Assembly: GCF_001194135.2 (NCBI RefSeq)
Contig: NC_068987.1
Coordinates: 16,418,473-16,462,746 of the forward strand
Direction of reading: 5' to 3'
DNA length: 44,274 bases
Source of the DNA: Octopus bimaculoides
Lineage: Eukaryota
Shown here: positions 11,087-22,780 of the stretch, in pieces
Layout: every line of letters starts with the position of its first letter
Numbering within the stretch: position 1 is the stretch's first letter
Position numbers and translations under genes: made by a program
Notes under the pieces: model-generated
Told to the model about the DNA's origin: nothing
Seen by the model: the letters and a program-made list of their open reading frames with translations, nothing else
Databases searched by the model: none

Positions 11087-11485
11087 CTGACAATGATTAC
11101 ACATGAAAAGGTAAGATAATTATATAAATTATATAGAAAAACATTGCAAACCGATTAAAGTGCTTAAATGAAGTGTTTAAACACGAACAATATCAAACGA
11201 CGTAATCATTTGTTTTAACCTATAATACTTAACATTATATAAGCAATCTCTTGCAACTACCCTGCCTGATAGCAGTGAATACATAAAAGTAAAAAGACAA
11301 CAAAAAATAAAAATAAAACTTCTCTGTAGTCATATTTCTGTAATGATATAATGGTTTCAAGAGCTATACTTAGTGATTAGACCATACTCAATCAGTGTTT
11401 AATGAGGAGAGAAATAGACGGTAGAGTCTCACAATACACTCGATCAATACCATAATAAGCAAATTTCAGCATAATATACAGATAA

Positions 11486-11995
11486 GGAAGCGGCGAGTTG
11501 GCAGAATCGTTAGCACGCCGGGAAAACTGCTTTACGTTCTGAGTTCAAATTCCGCCGAGGTCGACTTTGCTTTTCATCCTTTCGGGATCAATAAAATAAG
11601 TACTAGTTGATTACTGAGGTCGATGTAATCGACTTAACCCTCCCCATAAACTGCTCTCCTTGTGCCAAAATTTGAAACTAATATACAGATAAGAGAGGTG
11701 AAGTGGTAGAATAGCTACAGTATCAGATAGGATCTCTCTGTACTTTGAGTTCAAATCCAGCCGAGGGTTAGCTTATATTTTAGTATTTATATAGATTAAT
11801 GAGAAGTGGCAGAGTCTTTATAACATCGGATCGTATGCTTGCCAGTGTTTATTTCTATTCTTTGAGTTAGAATATGGTCGAGGTTCAACTTCTCCTTTCA
11901 TCCCCCCGGAGTTCATAAAATATAATACCAACCATGTCTTGGGGTCAATTTAATCGACTAACCCTTCTCCCATCAAATTTCAGGCCTTATGTCTT
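11486..11995 (+). mobile_element. Cluster of family A SINEs (11486-11680, partial 11695-11765, 11805-11995)
   Basis: Repeated gagtt(c)aaat B box followed by the tttcatcc..cgg...aaataagtac core. Confidence 0.85.
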
Positions 11996-12904
11996 TATAG
12001 TAATTAGATCAGTAAATTCGCTCGCTACGCTGGGAAAATATTTATTGAAATTTTTGCTTCTTGCAAAACGCTGCATGAACACGATTGATGCTAATTAATC
12101 CAAAATATATGAAGCATTAACTTCAATCCTTAGCTATTTCGCAAACATACAAACTTAAATCATAAAATATATAACCCCATTCCCTAAAATTATTGCTGTT
12201 GTAGCAAAATTTCAAACCGTTATAACTATTATCTTAATACAATTTATGGTGATATTATCGTCAGGTCTATAATGTTGGTGCAGTTGGTAACACGCTGGGC
12301 AGTAATTAATTTTGTTGATTAATGACTGAGTCAGCTTTGGCATTGCATTTTATCCCACCGTTGGTCTGCAGGAAATATTTACCGTATTCAGTTCAATAGA
12401 CTACAGCTGCTCCTGTACATCAGCTGTGTGTGTGTAGTCACAAATAATACTATGCCATAGAAATACACATTCAAGGGGTCACAAAGTGACCGAGGTGCAC
12501 CAAAACCAAAAAGGTGTCGTGAGTAGAGACTACAAGACTGTTCACCTTGTATATAGGATTCCAACATTATACAAATAAATCAGAATCGTTAGAGCGTCGG
12601 ACAGAATGCGCTGCAATATTTGTTCCGGCTCCGTGTGTTCTCAGTTCAAATGTGGTCGAGATCTTTTTTTGTGATCAGTAAATAAAGTACGGGGCCAGTG
12701 TTATAGATTATCGAAACTGTTAGAGCATTGGATATGACACCCTGCTTTATCAATTTATGACTCTTTGGTAAAAACAGTAAAAAATTTCAACCTGGGTCAG
12801 TTTTAATGTCATTTAGCATTTATTAATGACACGTTTCTATACGAACAAACGCTGGAGTTTCTATGGGATCACTTGACCTTCCAGAACTAGCAACCGAATT
12901 TTCT

Positions 12905-13035
12905 CGACATTCTGAGTTCAAATGACTCTGAGATTAACTTTAGCTTTCATCCTTTCGGGGGATGATAAAATAAGTACTAATCAAGTACGACGATCGATGT
13001 TATCGACTTGCCCACCTCCTGCATAAAAATCGGTG
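12905..13035 (+). mobile_element. Family A SINE fragment
   Basis: ttctgagttcaaat...tttcatcctttcggggg.gataaaataagtac core. Confidence 0.8.
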
Positions 13036-13389
13036 GCCTTGAACCCAGTAACAGACCGGCATCTCGATCAAGTAGAACGCTGTAATCTCGGTCACGTATA
13101 CGTCATAGAAACGGGACAACCCACCTTATTGGTGGTAATTTCTTTAAAAGAAAAACAAAAAAATACTGGGGTTGGTATAATCGATTTGCTCCGTCCCCTC
13201 ACCATTGTTGATCTCGTGTCTAAAATTAAAACCATTACAGGCAAGGTAGTAGAAGCGTTAGTTGACACACACAAGAGACCAAAAAACATGTACGGGGACA
13301 AAATTGACCTGCCCGGAGTAGCAGTGGAGTTCGACGAACTGCCACCAGTAATAGAGCTAAAGGACTTGGAGCCTTTTATGAGATATTAA
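13033..13389 (+). other. Intronless orphan ORF (about 118 aa, GTG start), origin unknown
   Basis: Stop-free, non-repetitive and protein-like in composition, unlike its surroundings. No ATG at its start and no family recognised. Confidence 0.3.
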
Positions 13390-13705
13390 AAAGAGGAAAA
13401 AAAAAAGAGTAAAATAGTTTGGAAAAAAAAAAGGAACAAAAAAGAGGGGAAAAAAGTAAAAGTGTTTCGTGTTTAAAAAAAAAAGAGGAAAAAACCCCCA
13501 GATAATTAAGAAAAAAACAATAGAAAAAGTGAACGATGGTAAATAGAAATAGTGTATATAAACGTTTAAATGGTACTGCATGGGAATGGGGCCCATGCAG
13601 CCATTTCATTTCTTCATTATATAACATCTCATGCTCATTCGTTTTATGTTTTATGTCCCCTATTGTAATGTTGTGTCTGTCCTTGTAGTGTCCCACTCTG
13701 TGTTT

Positions 13706-13915
13706 GTGGCCGTAGTAGAAGCGTTAGCATATCAGACAGAATGTTAAGTGACGTTTCTTCTAGCTTTACGTTCTGCGTTCAAGTGCCACCGAGTGCGACT
13801 TTGCCTTTCATCCTTTCGGGTCGATAAAATAAGTACCAATCAAATAATGGAGTCGATATATATTCGACTTGCTCACCTCTCTTCACAATTGCTGTCCTTG
13901 TGTTAAAATTAGAAA
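13706..13915 (+). mobile_element. Family A SINE
   Basis: gtagaagcgttagc head, gcgttcaagtgcc B box, actttgcctttcatcctttcgggtcgataaaataagtacc core. Confidence 0.85.
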
Positions 13916-14228
13916 GAATTATGTGCAATGATATTATTATTTGCTATAAAAACTTGCTGGTGTGTTTCTTACATACATCACTTTCCTCCTCATTGATTCT
14001 CACAGATGAATTGTATATTTCTTTTCTTCCAATGTGGTCTTCATTTTCTTAACTGCTCTATTCTTATTGATTCCTTTCATTACTTCTGCGGCTTCCTTTG
14101 TTGTCGTATCGCGTTTTCCTCAGTGATCATATTTGTGTAATTTGACGTACGTGTGTGTCTGTGGTGTATAATTAATCTCGCCAGTGCTCCTCCGTCTCTC
14201 TATATACAACAGAATATACATACATACA

Positions 14229-14260
<32 letters not shown>

Positions 14261-14585
14261 CGCATGTATCGATCGATCTCACGCACTCTCTATATATACA
14301 CATTTATGCAAGTACATATATGTAGATATGCGTACATACACACACACACATGCACACAAACACATACACACATATATACACACTTTTGTTGTGATCACAC
14401 TTTCATAAAGCATTTCGTTTTGGATATAAAATTTTTAACCAATGGGAAAATTGCACCCTGTGTGTCCTTAAACTGATGTGTGGTTGGAATGTATGCAACA
14501 GACTGGACCCCGTTAAAGGAACTCAGGGAGAAAAAGTAGTGACGTTAAAAACCGAGCAACGGATTAAGACCCAAGTAGGTAGTAG

Positions 14586-15535
14586 CGGGATTTGAATTCA
14601 AAATGATAAGATCTGGATCAAATAGGTAAAGCCTCCGTTCCGACGTTTTCACAATTGGTCCACTAACCCAGTATCATGGATTTACGATTTTTTTTACGAA
14701 CTCTGAAAGGATAAAAAGCAAAACGATCTCCTGTAAGATTTGAACTCAAAGTGCAGAGGGTCAGTATAAACTCCATGCGGCATTTTACTCGGCACTCTGA
14801 CGACTATTAATTAATTCCCCACCTAAAGATGGATTTGTATGTGTGTGTGTTTTTCTTACCAACTCTGAAAGGATAAAAAGCAAAACAGACTTCAGCAAGA
14901 TTTGAACTCAAAGTGCAGAGGTTCAACACAAACATCTGCGGTATTCTACCCGGCACTCCGACGTCTATTAATTAATTCACCACCTAAAGATGGATTTGTG
15001 TGTGTGTGTGTGTGTGTGTGNNNNNNNNNNGACGACTATTAATTAATTCCCCACCTAAAGATGGATTTGTATGTGTGTGTGTTTTTCTTACCAACTCTGA
15101 AAGGATAAAAAGCAAAACAGACTTCAGCAAGATTTGAACTCAAAGTGCAGAGGTTCAACACAAACATCATGCAGCATTCTACCCGGCACTCCGACGTCTA
15201 TTAATTAATTCACCACCTAAAGATGGATTTTTTTTTTTTACCAACCCTGAAAGGATAAAAAAACAAAACGGTCTCCAACAAGGTTTGAACTCAAAGTGCA
15301 GAGGATCAACACAAACACCTGGCGGCATTCTACTCGGCACTCTGGCGACTCTACTAATTAATTCACCGCCTAAAGATGGATTTGATTTTTTTTTCTGTAA
15401 CCGACCCTAAAATGATAAAAAGCAAAACCGACATCAGCGAGATTTGAACTCAAAGCGCAGAAGATCAGCACAAACACCACACGATATTCTACTCGACGCT
15501 CTGACGACTACTAATTAATTCCTCTCCTAAAGAAT
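14586..15535 (-). repeat. Tandem array of truncated family A SINE heads (150-162-bp units)
   Basis: The motif c(t/c)ctgaaaggataaaa...gatttgaactcaaagtgcagagg recurs at 14701, 14863, 15095, 15245 and 15405, with a diverged copy at about 14586. It is the reverse complement of the SINE A/B-box head plus the start of the core. Confidence 0.9.
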
Positions 15536-16517
15536 CTATATGACTTCGAGGAAATACCTTACATCTTATTTTTGGCATTCAGTTACATAAGTGTCTTTTA
15601 CAGTTCATGAGTTCTTTTCAGTTATGTTTTAGTTTCATTGAGTGACAACTAGATACTTGGTTGCTTTACTTGTCTCTGCTTCGAAAGTAATTAGCTTCAT
15701 ATATATTTATTAACGGAAACGTCTCTAGAAATATTTGGTCATTGGCTTGGAAAATATTTTCTCAACGTGATGCTGTTTCGCCATACACTCTAAATATCCC
15801 ATTTATGGTGAAGGTAATACACACACACACACACACTAACTCACCCACTCACTCACTCACTCATACATACATAAATTTATGCACTATGCACACCATGTGA
15901 ATTAGAAGTGCTGAAATGAATTTGTATATTAGAAAGCCATTAGTGGTAATGAATAAAGATGTAAGAATGTAAATACATTCCTTTTGTGTCATTGATGCAC
16001 GGACAAAAGAGGAAGGAACCACGTGACAGACCGTTTAACGGTTTGGTGACATCTCCTCCTTTCCCTCCTTAGTTTTTGTAGAATTTCCTGTGCAATTTGA
16101 GCAGTGCTCATTGAAAGTCAAAATTCACTAAGGATTATTTATTTTGGATTTGAGTGACTTTGTTACGGGATTAATGAGACATACTAAACAGCGATGATTA
16201 ATCGTTGCTTAGTGTACTCTCTAATTAATCAATCCCAGCTTGACCAAGTTTTGCAGACATCAGCAAATGTATTATTTGCTATTCTAAGTTAAGAAGGATA
16301 GCATTTAGTGAGGTAGGAACGACTGATTCGGTTTCTCTAACTGATGATGCGTAACGATACAGAAACACGTGTCCGATCTGATGTTGTGTTTCATAACTCA
16401 GTACAGTGTGTTTTCTCACACATTGTCTACTAAGTGGACATCCCTTTTGCTAGAAGAAGACCAGCTGCGGTCTGACCACTAAGAAGATTGTTCTCAAGAA
16501 AATTCAGTAATGGCATT

Positions 16518-16836
16518 CTGTCAGTTACGACGACTAGGGTTCCAGTTGATCCGATCAACGGAACAACCGGCTCGTGGAATTAACGTGCAAGTGGCTGAGC
16601 ACTCCACAGACTCGTGTACCCCTAACGCAGTTCTCAGGATGATTCAGAGTGACACCGAGTGTGACAAGGTTGGCCCTTTAAAATATAGATAACACTCATT
16701 TTTGCCATTTACCAGCCGAGTGGACTGGAACAACGTGAAATAAAGAGTCTTGCTCAAGAACGCAATGCGTCACCAGGCATTGAATTCACGACCTTACGAT
16801 CATCAGCCGAATACCCTAACCACTCAGCCACGGGCC
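16518..16836 (-). mobile_element. Full-length tRNA-derived SINE with a CORE-like body and the family C 3' tail
   Basis: Reverse complement: ggctgagtggttagggtattcgg head, cttgagcaagactctttatttcacgttg core, then the same tail as 1-157. Confidence 0.85.
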
Positions 16837-17031
16837 TTTATACGTACATACATACATACATACAAGCATTTATTTATTTATTTATTTATTAAGGGGTTAG
16901 AGCTAATGATTCTGTCAGCTCTAATCTCCCAAACGATAAAAAGCAAATTTGATCTGAGCGTGATTTGAACACGAAATGCAAAGAACCGAAACACATATCA
17001 CAAGGAATTCGGTGCAATAGTCTTATAGTTC

Positions 17032-17515
17032 AAGGCGGCGAGCTGGTAGAAACGTTGGCACGCCGGGCGAGATGCTTAGCGGTATTTCGTCTGCCGCTAC
17101 GTTCTGAGTTCAAATTCCGCCGAGGTCGACTTTGCCTTTCATCCTTTCGGGGTCGATTAAATAAGTACCAGTTACGCACTGGGGTCGATATAATCAACTT
17201 AATCCGTTTGTCTGTCCGTGTATGTCCCCTCTGTGTGTAGCCCCTTGTGGGCAATAAAGAAATTAGAAACGTTAGCACGCCGGGCGAAATGTTTAGTAGT
17301 ATTTCGTCTGTCTTTACGTTCTGAGTTCANNNNNNNNNNGGCGAAATGTTTAGTAGTATTTCGTCTGTCTTTACGTTCTGAGTTCAAATTCCGCCGATGT
17401 CGACCTTGCCTTTCATCCTTTCGGGGTCGATACCAGTTGCATACTGAGGTCGATCTAATCGATTGGCCCCCTCCCCCAAAATTTCGGGCCTTGTGCCTAG
17501 AGTAGAAAAGAATAT
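17032..17515 (+). mobile_element. Two tandem family A SINEs (17032-17260; 17262-17515, split by a small N gap)
   Basis: Near-consensus aaggcggcgagctggtagaaacgtt.gcacgccggg head and core. The first copy is almost identical to 20041-20270. Confidence 0.92.
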
Positions 17516-17559
17516 TCTTACAGTTCAGGCCAAGCTTGATAATCTTTTTCTTTGTATCG

Positions 17560-17690
17560 ATCTCAAAAAGACAAAAAAATAAAAAAGTGACCTCGAGGAG
17601 ATTTGAACTCAGTGCACTGTAAGTTGGAACGAACATCGAAACGTAGTTTGTCCGACACTCTAACAACTTAGTTATCTCACCGTCTTCTGC
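17560..17690 (-). mobile_element. Degenerate family A SINE head
   Basis: gacctcgaggagatttgaactcag is the reverse complement of the B box and core start. Confidence 0.65.
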
Positions 17691-18486
17691 AGGTGTTTTT
17701 GTACGGACAAATAAACTGCTCTCAAAGTTTTTCACCATAAAGAGATGTTCTATTAAAAGAACAAGTTCCATTCATTTTATTCAAACACAGTACAAGGCCT
17801 TACTGAATGTTTTAAGTGGTTTCCTTCAATGACATGGACGTAATGAATTTTTGCTGAGTTTGGCTGAGTATGCCCATGAGAAGCTTGCCATTAATGGATT
17901 TTACTGAATTCATTCATTGTCTTTAAACAGCTCGTTTGCTAATGGATTCGCTAAATTTAGATTTAATTTTGTCAACGCGTACTACTACTAACTAAAAAGA
18001 TATTTAATTTCAGCTTTTATTACTCATCTACAAATCACACCCACATGCTTTAAGAAACACCTATCCCCATAACTATTAACTCTGCAAAAATAAAAATGAA
18101 AATTAGAACGTACTCAGTGTAAGTAATTAAACAGATGAATAAGCAGAATGTTCTTAAATAGATGATGTAAACCAGAAAAACTTGATAAACCGTCCCCCTG
18201 GCATCCCGAATCCACTTCGTTTCATGTATCTTATTTTCCATTTATTCTTCATTTCATTATTATTGCATTGCTACCGTTGATTCGACTATAAATTTTTATG
18301 TTGTTTCTTGAAAGCTCTGAAGTATTATCAACGTTCTACAACCGACACATCTTTCAGCTTATTTTTTTAAAATTCTTGTTAACTATCGCTTTTCCACCAT
18401 ATTTTTTTTCTCCTTCTCTTTTTCCCTTCGCATTGCATAGCCATATATCATACATGCACCTCTCTCACCTTATCGATAGATACACA

Positions 18487-18536
<50 letters not shown>

Positions 18537-18655
18537 TACAAGGAGTGAGAGATAGATAGATAAATACATACAAATATGAATGCAGATATATATGTGTGTG
18601 TGTGTGTGTGTATATGTGTATGTACATATGTGTTTGAATATATATTGCATGCGTG

Positions 18656-18696
<41 letters not shown>

Positions 18697-18748
18697 GTGC
18701 GTATGTGTACAGATACATGTAAGCGTATGTACGCAATTATGTATGTGC

Positions 18749-18781
<33 letters not shown>

Positions 18782-18902
18782 TATGTATACAGGTATTTAT
18801 GTACGGATATATATATATATATATATATATCTGTACACACACACATACACACGTATATATGTAAAATCTGTTTCTTCTATGTGTTTTCCACCTGTTTGTC
18901 TA

Positions 18903-18937
<35 letters not shown>

Positions 18938-19322
18938 TATTACATATATATATATATGCACACAGGTATGTATGTGTTTTTACACATGAATGTATGCCCA
19001 TGAATGTAGGTATACATGCATACACGCATTTATATTTATTTCCTGTCTTTAAGCCGGATCATTTTCACGCTTTGCCAATAATCATCAGATTAACTTGGAA
19101 ATGGAAAATTGGAAATGAAAAGTTGTATTGTCAGTTCTATAGAGTCCAATCTGCAACAAATGCAACAGCAGAAACTGTAATACTAACAACAACAACAACA
19201 ACAACAACAATAACAGCAAGAAGAAGAAGAAGAAGCACTGCAATTTCTTCTTCTTCTTCTTCTATTACTGACAACAACAGCAACTGCAGGAACTGCTGCT
19301 GCTACTACTGCTACTGCTGCTG

Positions 19323-19355
<33 letters not shown>

Positions 19356-19660
19356 GAATGGTAACAACAGCAATCCCATAAAGATATATGTTCAAAGGAA
19401 GAAAGTGTTTAGAATTTCCGTATTGATTGCCGACTTGTAAAGATACATGGATATCTATCCATGGATAGATTCATTCAGGTATTATGTTATTTGCTTGCTT
19501 CCTTAAGAAGAAATAAACTACTAACAACCATCGTAGAAACACCTGTCGTTTTGATTTCGCTCTCTTTTCATTCACTTTTCGTTTATTTTAACACATGGTG
19601 TGTAGAACATCGTTACTTTTACATCGAGGAAACTTATAAGATGGCGTACTAGTACTTAAC

Positions 19661-19790
19661 TTAGGGTACGCGGTTTCTTGTAGAAGAAACAGCTGTAAAC
19701 TTAATGAACGTGATAACATAACTTCCTGTTCTTTTATGATCCGAGAACATAAGATAATTCATATTTCCTTGCTGCCAGACCTTACTAATT
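19661..19790 (-). CDS. Candidate exon of the putative DNAAF9-like gene (donor uncertain)
   Basis: Acceptor atacttcacag|A, phase 2. Encodes ISKVWQQGNMNYLMFSDHKRTGSYVITF..., recalling DNAAF9 W..EGN..F..LLFSH.R.GSIII from memory. No strong donor. Confidence 0.35.
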
Positions 19791-19882
19791 CTGTGAAGTA
19801 TACGTATACTGGGTTCTAATAACTGGTTATTGGCACTGCTAGGACTAATCGGAACCATAATATATACAGGGCTGTATATATA

Positions 19883-19988
19883 GGCGCAGGAGTGGCTGTG
19901 TGGTAAGTAGCTTGCTTACCAACCACATGGTTCTGGGTTCAGTCCCACTGTGTGGCATCTTGAGCAAGTGTCCTCTACTATAGCCTCT
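19883..19988 (+). mobile_element. 5' part of a CORE-type tRNA-derived SINE (family B)
   Basis: ggcgcaggagtggctgtgtggtaag...gggttcagtccc head, followed by the cttgagcaagtgtcctctac CORE start. Confidence 0.8.
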
Positions 19989-20040
19989 ACACATGTCATT
20001 ACATACATACATGTTTATACAAACACACATAATTATGTGT

Positions 20041-20270
20041 AAGGCGGCGAGCTGGTAGAAACGTTAGCACGCCGGGTGAAATGCTTAGCGGTATTTCGTC
20101 TGCCGCAACGTTCTGAGTTCAAATTCCGCCGAGGTCGACTTTGCCTTTCATCCTTTCGGGGTCGATTAAATAAGTACCAGTTACGCACTGGGCTCGATAT
20201 AATCGACTTAATCTGTTTGTCTGTCCTTGTTTGTCCCCTCTGCGTGTAGCCCCTTGTGGGTAGTAAAGAA
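20041..20270 (+). mobile_element. Family A SINE, young copy
   Basis: Near-identical to 17032-17260. Confidence 0.92.
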
Positions 20271-21405
20271 ATAACACATAATTATGTGTGTGTATGTGGT
20301 AGAGTGTAAACCTATTAATACATCAAACATCTTTCCCTTATCTTTGAAAAACAAAATCCTTTTCCTCCTTAGAGACAAAATCCTCTTCAAGAGACCCCAG
20401 ATTCGACAAATATATCTGAGTCTAGAAAATGTAACACACACATACACACACACAATGAAAACCCAGTGAAGAAAACACAATAGGCATATGGTATTAGTAG
20501 CTAAGCAACGTAGGAGGCAAAATATGCAATAAATATATGAATAAAAAGACCAACGCTAAGAAGAATAGAAGCAAATGTCCTTTATTTCGTGCAACATCTC
20601 TTTTTCTTCCAGAGTGATACCAGGCAACAAATTGTGTAGAGAAGATATGCATGTTTATAAGGATGCTTGTATGTGAGTGCATGTATATGCATATGTGTTT
20701 GTATGTATATGCGTATGTGTGTGTACATGTATGTATATACATATGTGTATAAATGGATATATATATATATGTATATATGCATGTATATATGTGTATATAA
20801 GTGTGTACATGTATATATATGTATTTATATGTGTGTATGTATACATATGTATATACANNNNNNNNNNNNNNNNNNNNNNNNNNNNNNNNNNNNNNNNNNN
20901 NNNNNNNNNNNNNNNNNNNNNNNNNNNNNNNNNNNNNNNNNNNNNNNNNNNNNNNNNNNNNNNNNNNNNNNNNNNNNNNNNNNNNNNNNNNNNNNNNNNN
21001 NNNNNNNNNNNNNNNNNNNNNNNNNNNNNNNNNNNNNNNNNNNNNNNNNNNNNNNNNNNNNNNNNNNNNNNNNNNNNNNNNNNNNNNNNNNNNNNNNNNN
21101 NNNNNNNNNNNNNNNNNNNNNNNNNNNNNNNNNNNNNNNNNNNNNNNNNNNNNNNNNNNNNNNNNNNNNNNNNNNNNNNNNNNNNNNNNNNNNNNNNNNN
21201 NNNNNNNNNNNNNNNNNNNNNNNNNNNNNNNNNNNNNNNNNNNNNNNNNNNNNNNNNNNNNNNNNNNNNNNNNNNNNNNNNNNNNNNNNNNNNNNNNACA
21301 GCACACCTTTTAAGTTCACCATTGCTGATGGGAAAACATGAATAATATTGGAAAAAAAAAAGGTATTGTGACAAATTAGTAGGTTGGCATGAACATTAAT
21401 TGTGA

Positions 21406-21450
<45 letters not shown>

Positions 21451-21785
21451 TGATGTTATTATTTAAAGCAATATTAAGAATGACAACAGAGCATTTAATA
21501 TTGATGAGATTATATTAATACTTGAGTCAACTTTACTTTTAAACAAACATATACATGTATGTACATATGCCTACATACATACATGCATACGTGCATACAT
21601 ACATACATATATACATGTGTGGATGTGTGTGTGTCTATATGTATATATTAATATATCATCATCATCGTCATCATCATTTAGCATCTGCTTTCTATACTGC
21701 ATGGATTAGACAGTTTGACTGAAACCGGTAAGCTTCAATATATATATACATACGCACACACACACACATACATTCATATATATAC

Positions 21786-21816
<31 letters not shown>

Positions 21817-22780
21817 CATATATATATATTTATATATACATAAATACATACATATATATATATTTATATATACATAAAAACAGATATATATATATATATA
21901 TATATGTATCATACATTTGAATGTAGTGTAGAAAAGAAACATATGCAATATGGTTCTAATGCCTTGCCAATTGATATTTAGTGAATAAAAATGAAAACAG
22001 TTCTATGTCAGAACTGAATCCGGATAATCACAAATTTAAAATTATCATCATCACACCGCTGCTTCACCATCTTTTGCTAAAAACAGTTTTATTTTCCAAA
22101 TTTTTTTTAGGATATTATTTTTCATTTATTTACTTTTAAGTTTTATTTATATTTTATTGAAAATTTTGTTTGTTTGTTTTTTTTCTTTGCAAATTTAATT
22201 TAATTTATTTTTCACATTTAAATTCGATTTTTAATATGGCTTTAAAAATAATGTGTTGAGCTTGGTATACCAAGAGTATCAGAAGAGTAGATATTTAAAG
22301 AGAATATCAAGAAATATCTAAATCAGAATGCCAGAATGCCAGAATGCTGGTGCCAAAGCATTGTCACAAGCCAACTGGGTGGAACCAGTAAAAGAGTAAA
22401 AGCATACTTCATGTTGAGAAAAGAAAAAAATACACACACACACACACATGCACGCATGCACGCACACACACAAAATGAATATAATCAAGTAATGAAATTT
22501 CCCTTTCTGATAACATTTCTCTCTTGGTTCATTAAAAGTTATTGATCTCACAGAAAAGCGGTAGAAGCAATAAAAATTCTTGCCTTTTGTGAAACCCTAG
22601 GGAACCCCCCATGATGAAAGCTAGTCTTTGCTGCTTTTGTCTTTATTTAAATGAATGCCTCTTCCAGCTCCTCTCAGGGTAGAATACCACTGGTCAACTT
22701 AACAACCATCACATCATACTGGGCTCTAACTGCTTAAGAAAAAAATGTATGCTGCACTATTTCTATAGTATGGTGTATGA

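Larger units (their letters stand above)
10654..11089. repeat. Tandem duplication, 2 copies, 235-bp period
   Basis: 10654-10853 aligns to 10887-11089 at roughly 80-85% by eye. Each unit starts with the SINE-tail-like ggcgtt.ggaaggacatcc. Confidence 0.9.

Noticed and set aside
11046-11110. Plus-strand exon LSTSSIRDSCKICLTMITHEK with a strong AAG|gtaaga donor and CxxC motif
   Set aside because: The acceptor has no pyrimidine tract, no partner exons were found, and substitutions between the duplicated copies fit the minus-strand frame better.
12372-12460. Plus-strand GNIYRIQF resembling DNAAF9 GNIYHI
   Set aside because: It is on the wrong strand for the gene model. It also shows that short recalled motif matches arise by chance, which is why the DNAAF9 call is tentative.
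13560-13696. Minus-strand EMLYNEEMKWLH resembling the DNAAF9 C-terminal MLTQQEIRSIH
   Set aside because: Splice sites are poor and it would be out of order relative to the 11086 candidate exon, so a chance resemblance is likely.
14700-15535. Repeat-plus-variable-spacer array as a CRISPR-like locus
   Set aside because: Units are 150-160 bp SINE fragments, the spacers are simple (GT)n or poly-T, there are no cas genes, and the context is animal.
16017-16028. E-box/CLEAR-like ccacgtgac as a lysosomal-gene regulatory site for GILT
   Set aside because: It is a single short motif 12 kb downstream of the gene with no other promoter evidence.
17032-17120. tRNA genes suggested by A/B boxes (here and at 20041, 23279, 39813)
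   Set aside because: They are SINE heads followed by SINE cores and tails, with no complete cloverleaf.
17281-17390. Apparent internal duplication in a SINE
   Set aside because: Identical sequence on both sides of a small N gap indicates a contig-overlap artefact. The same applies to 15031-15090.
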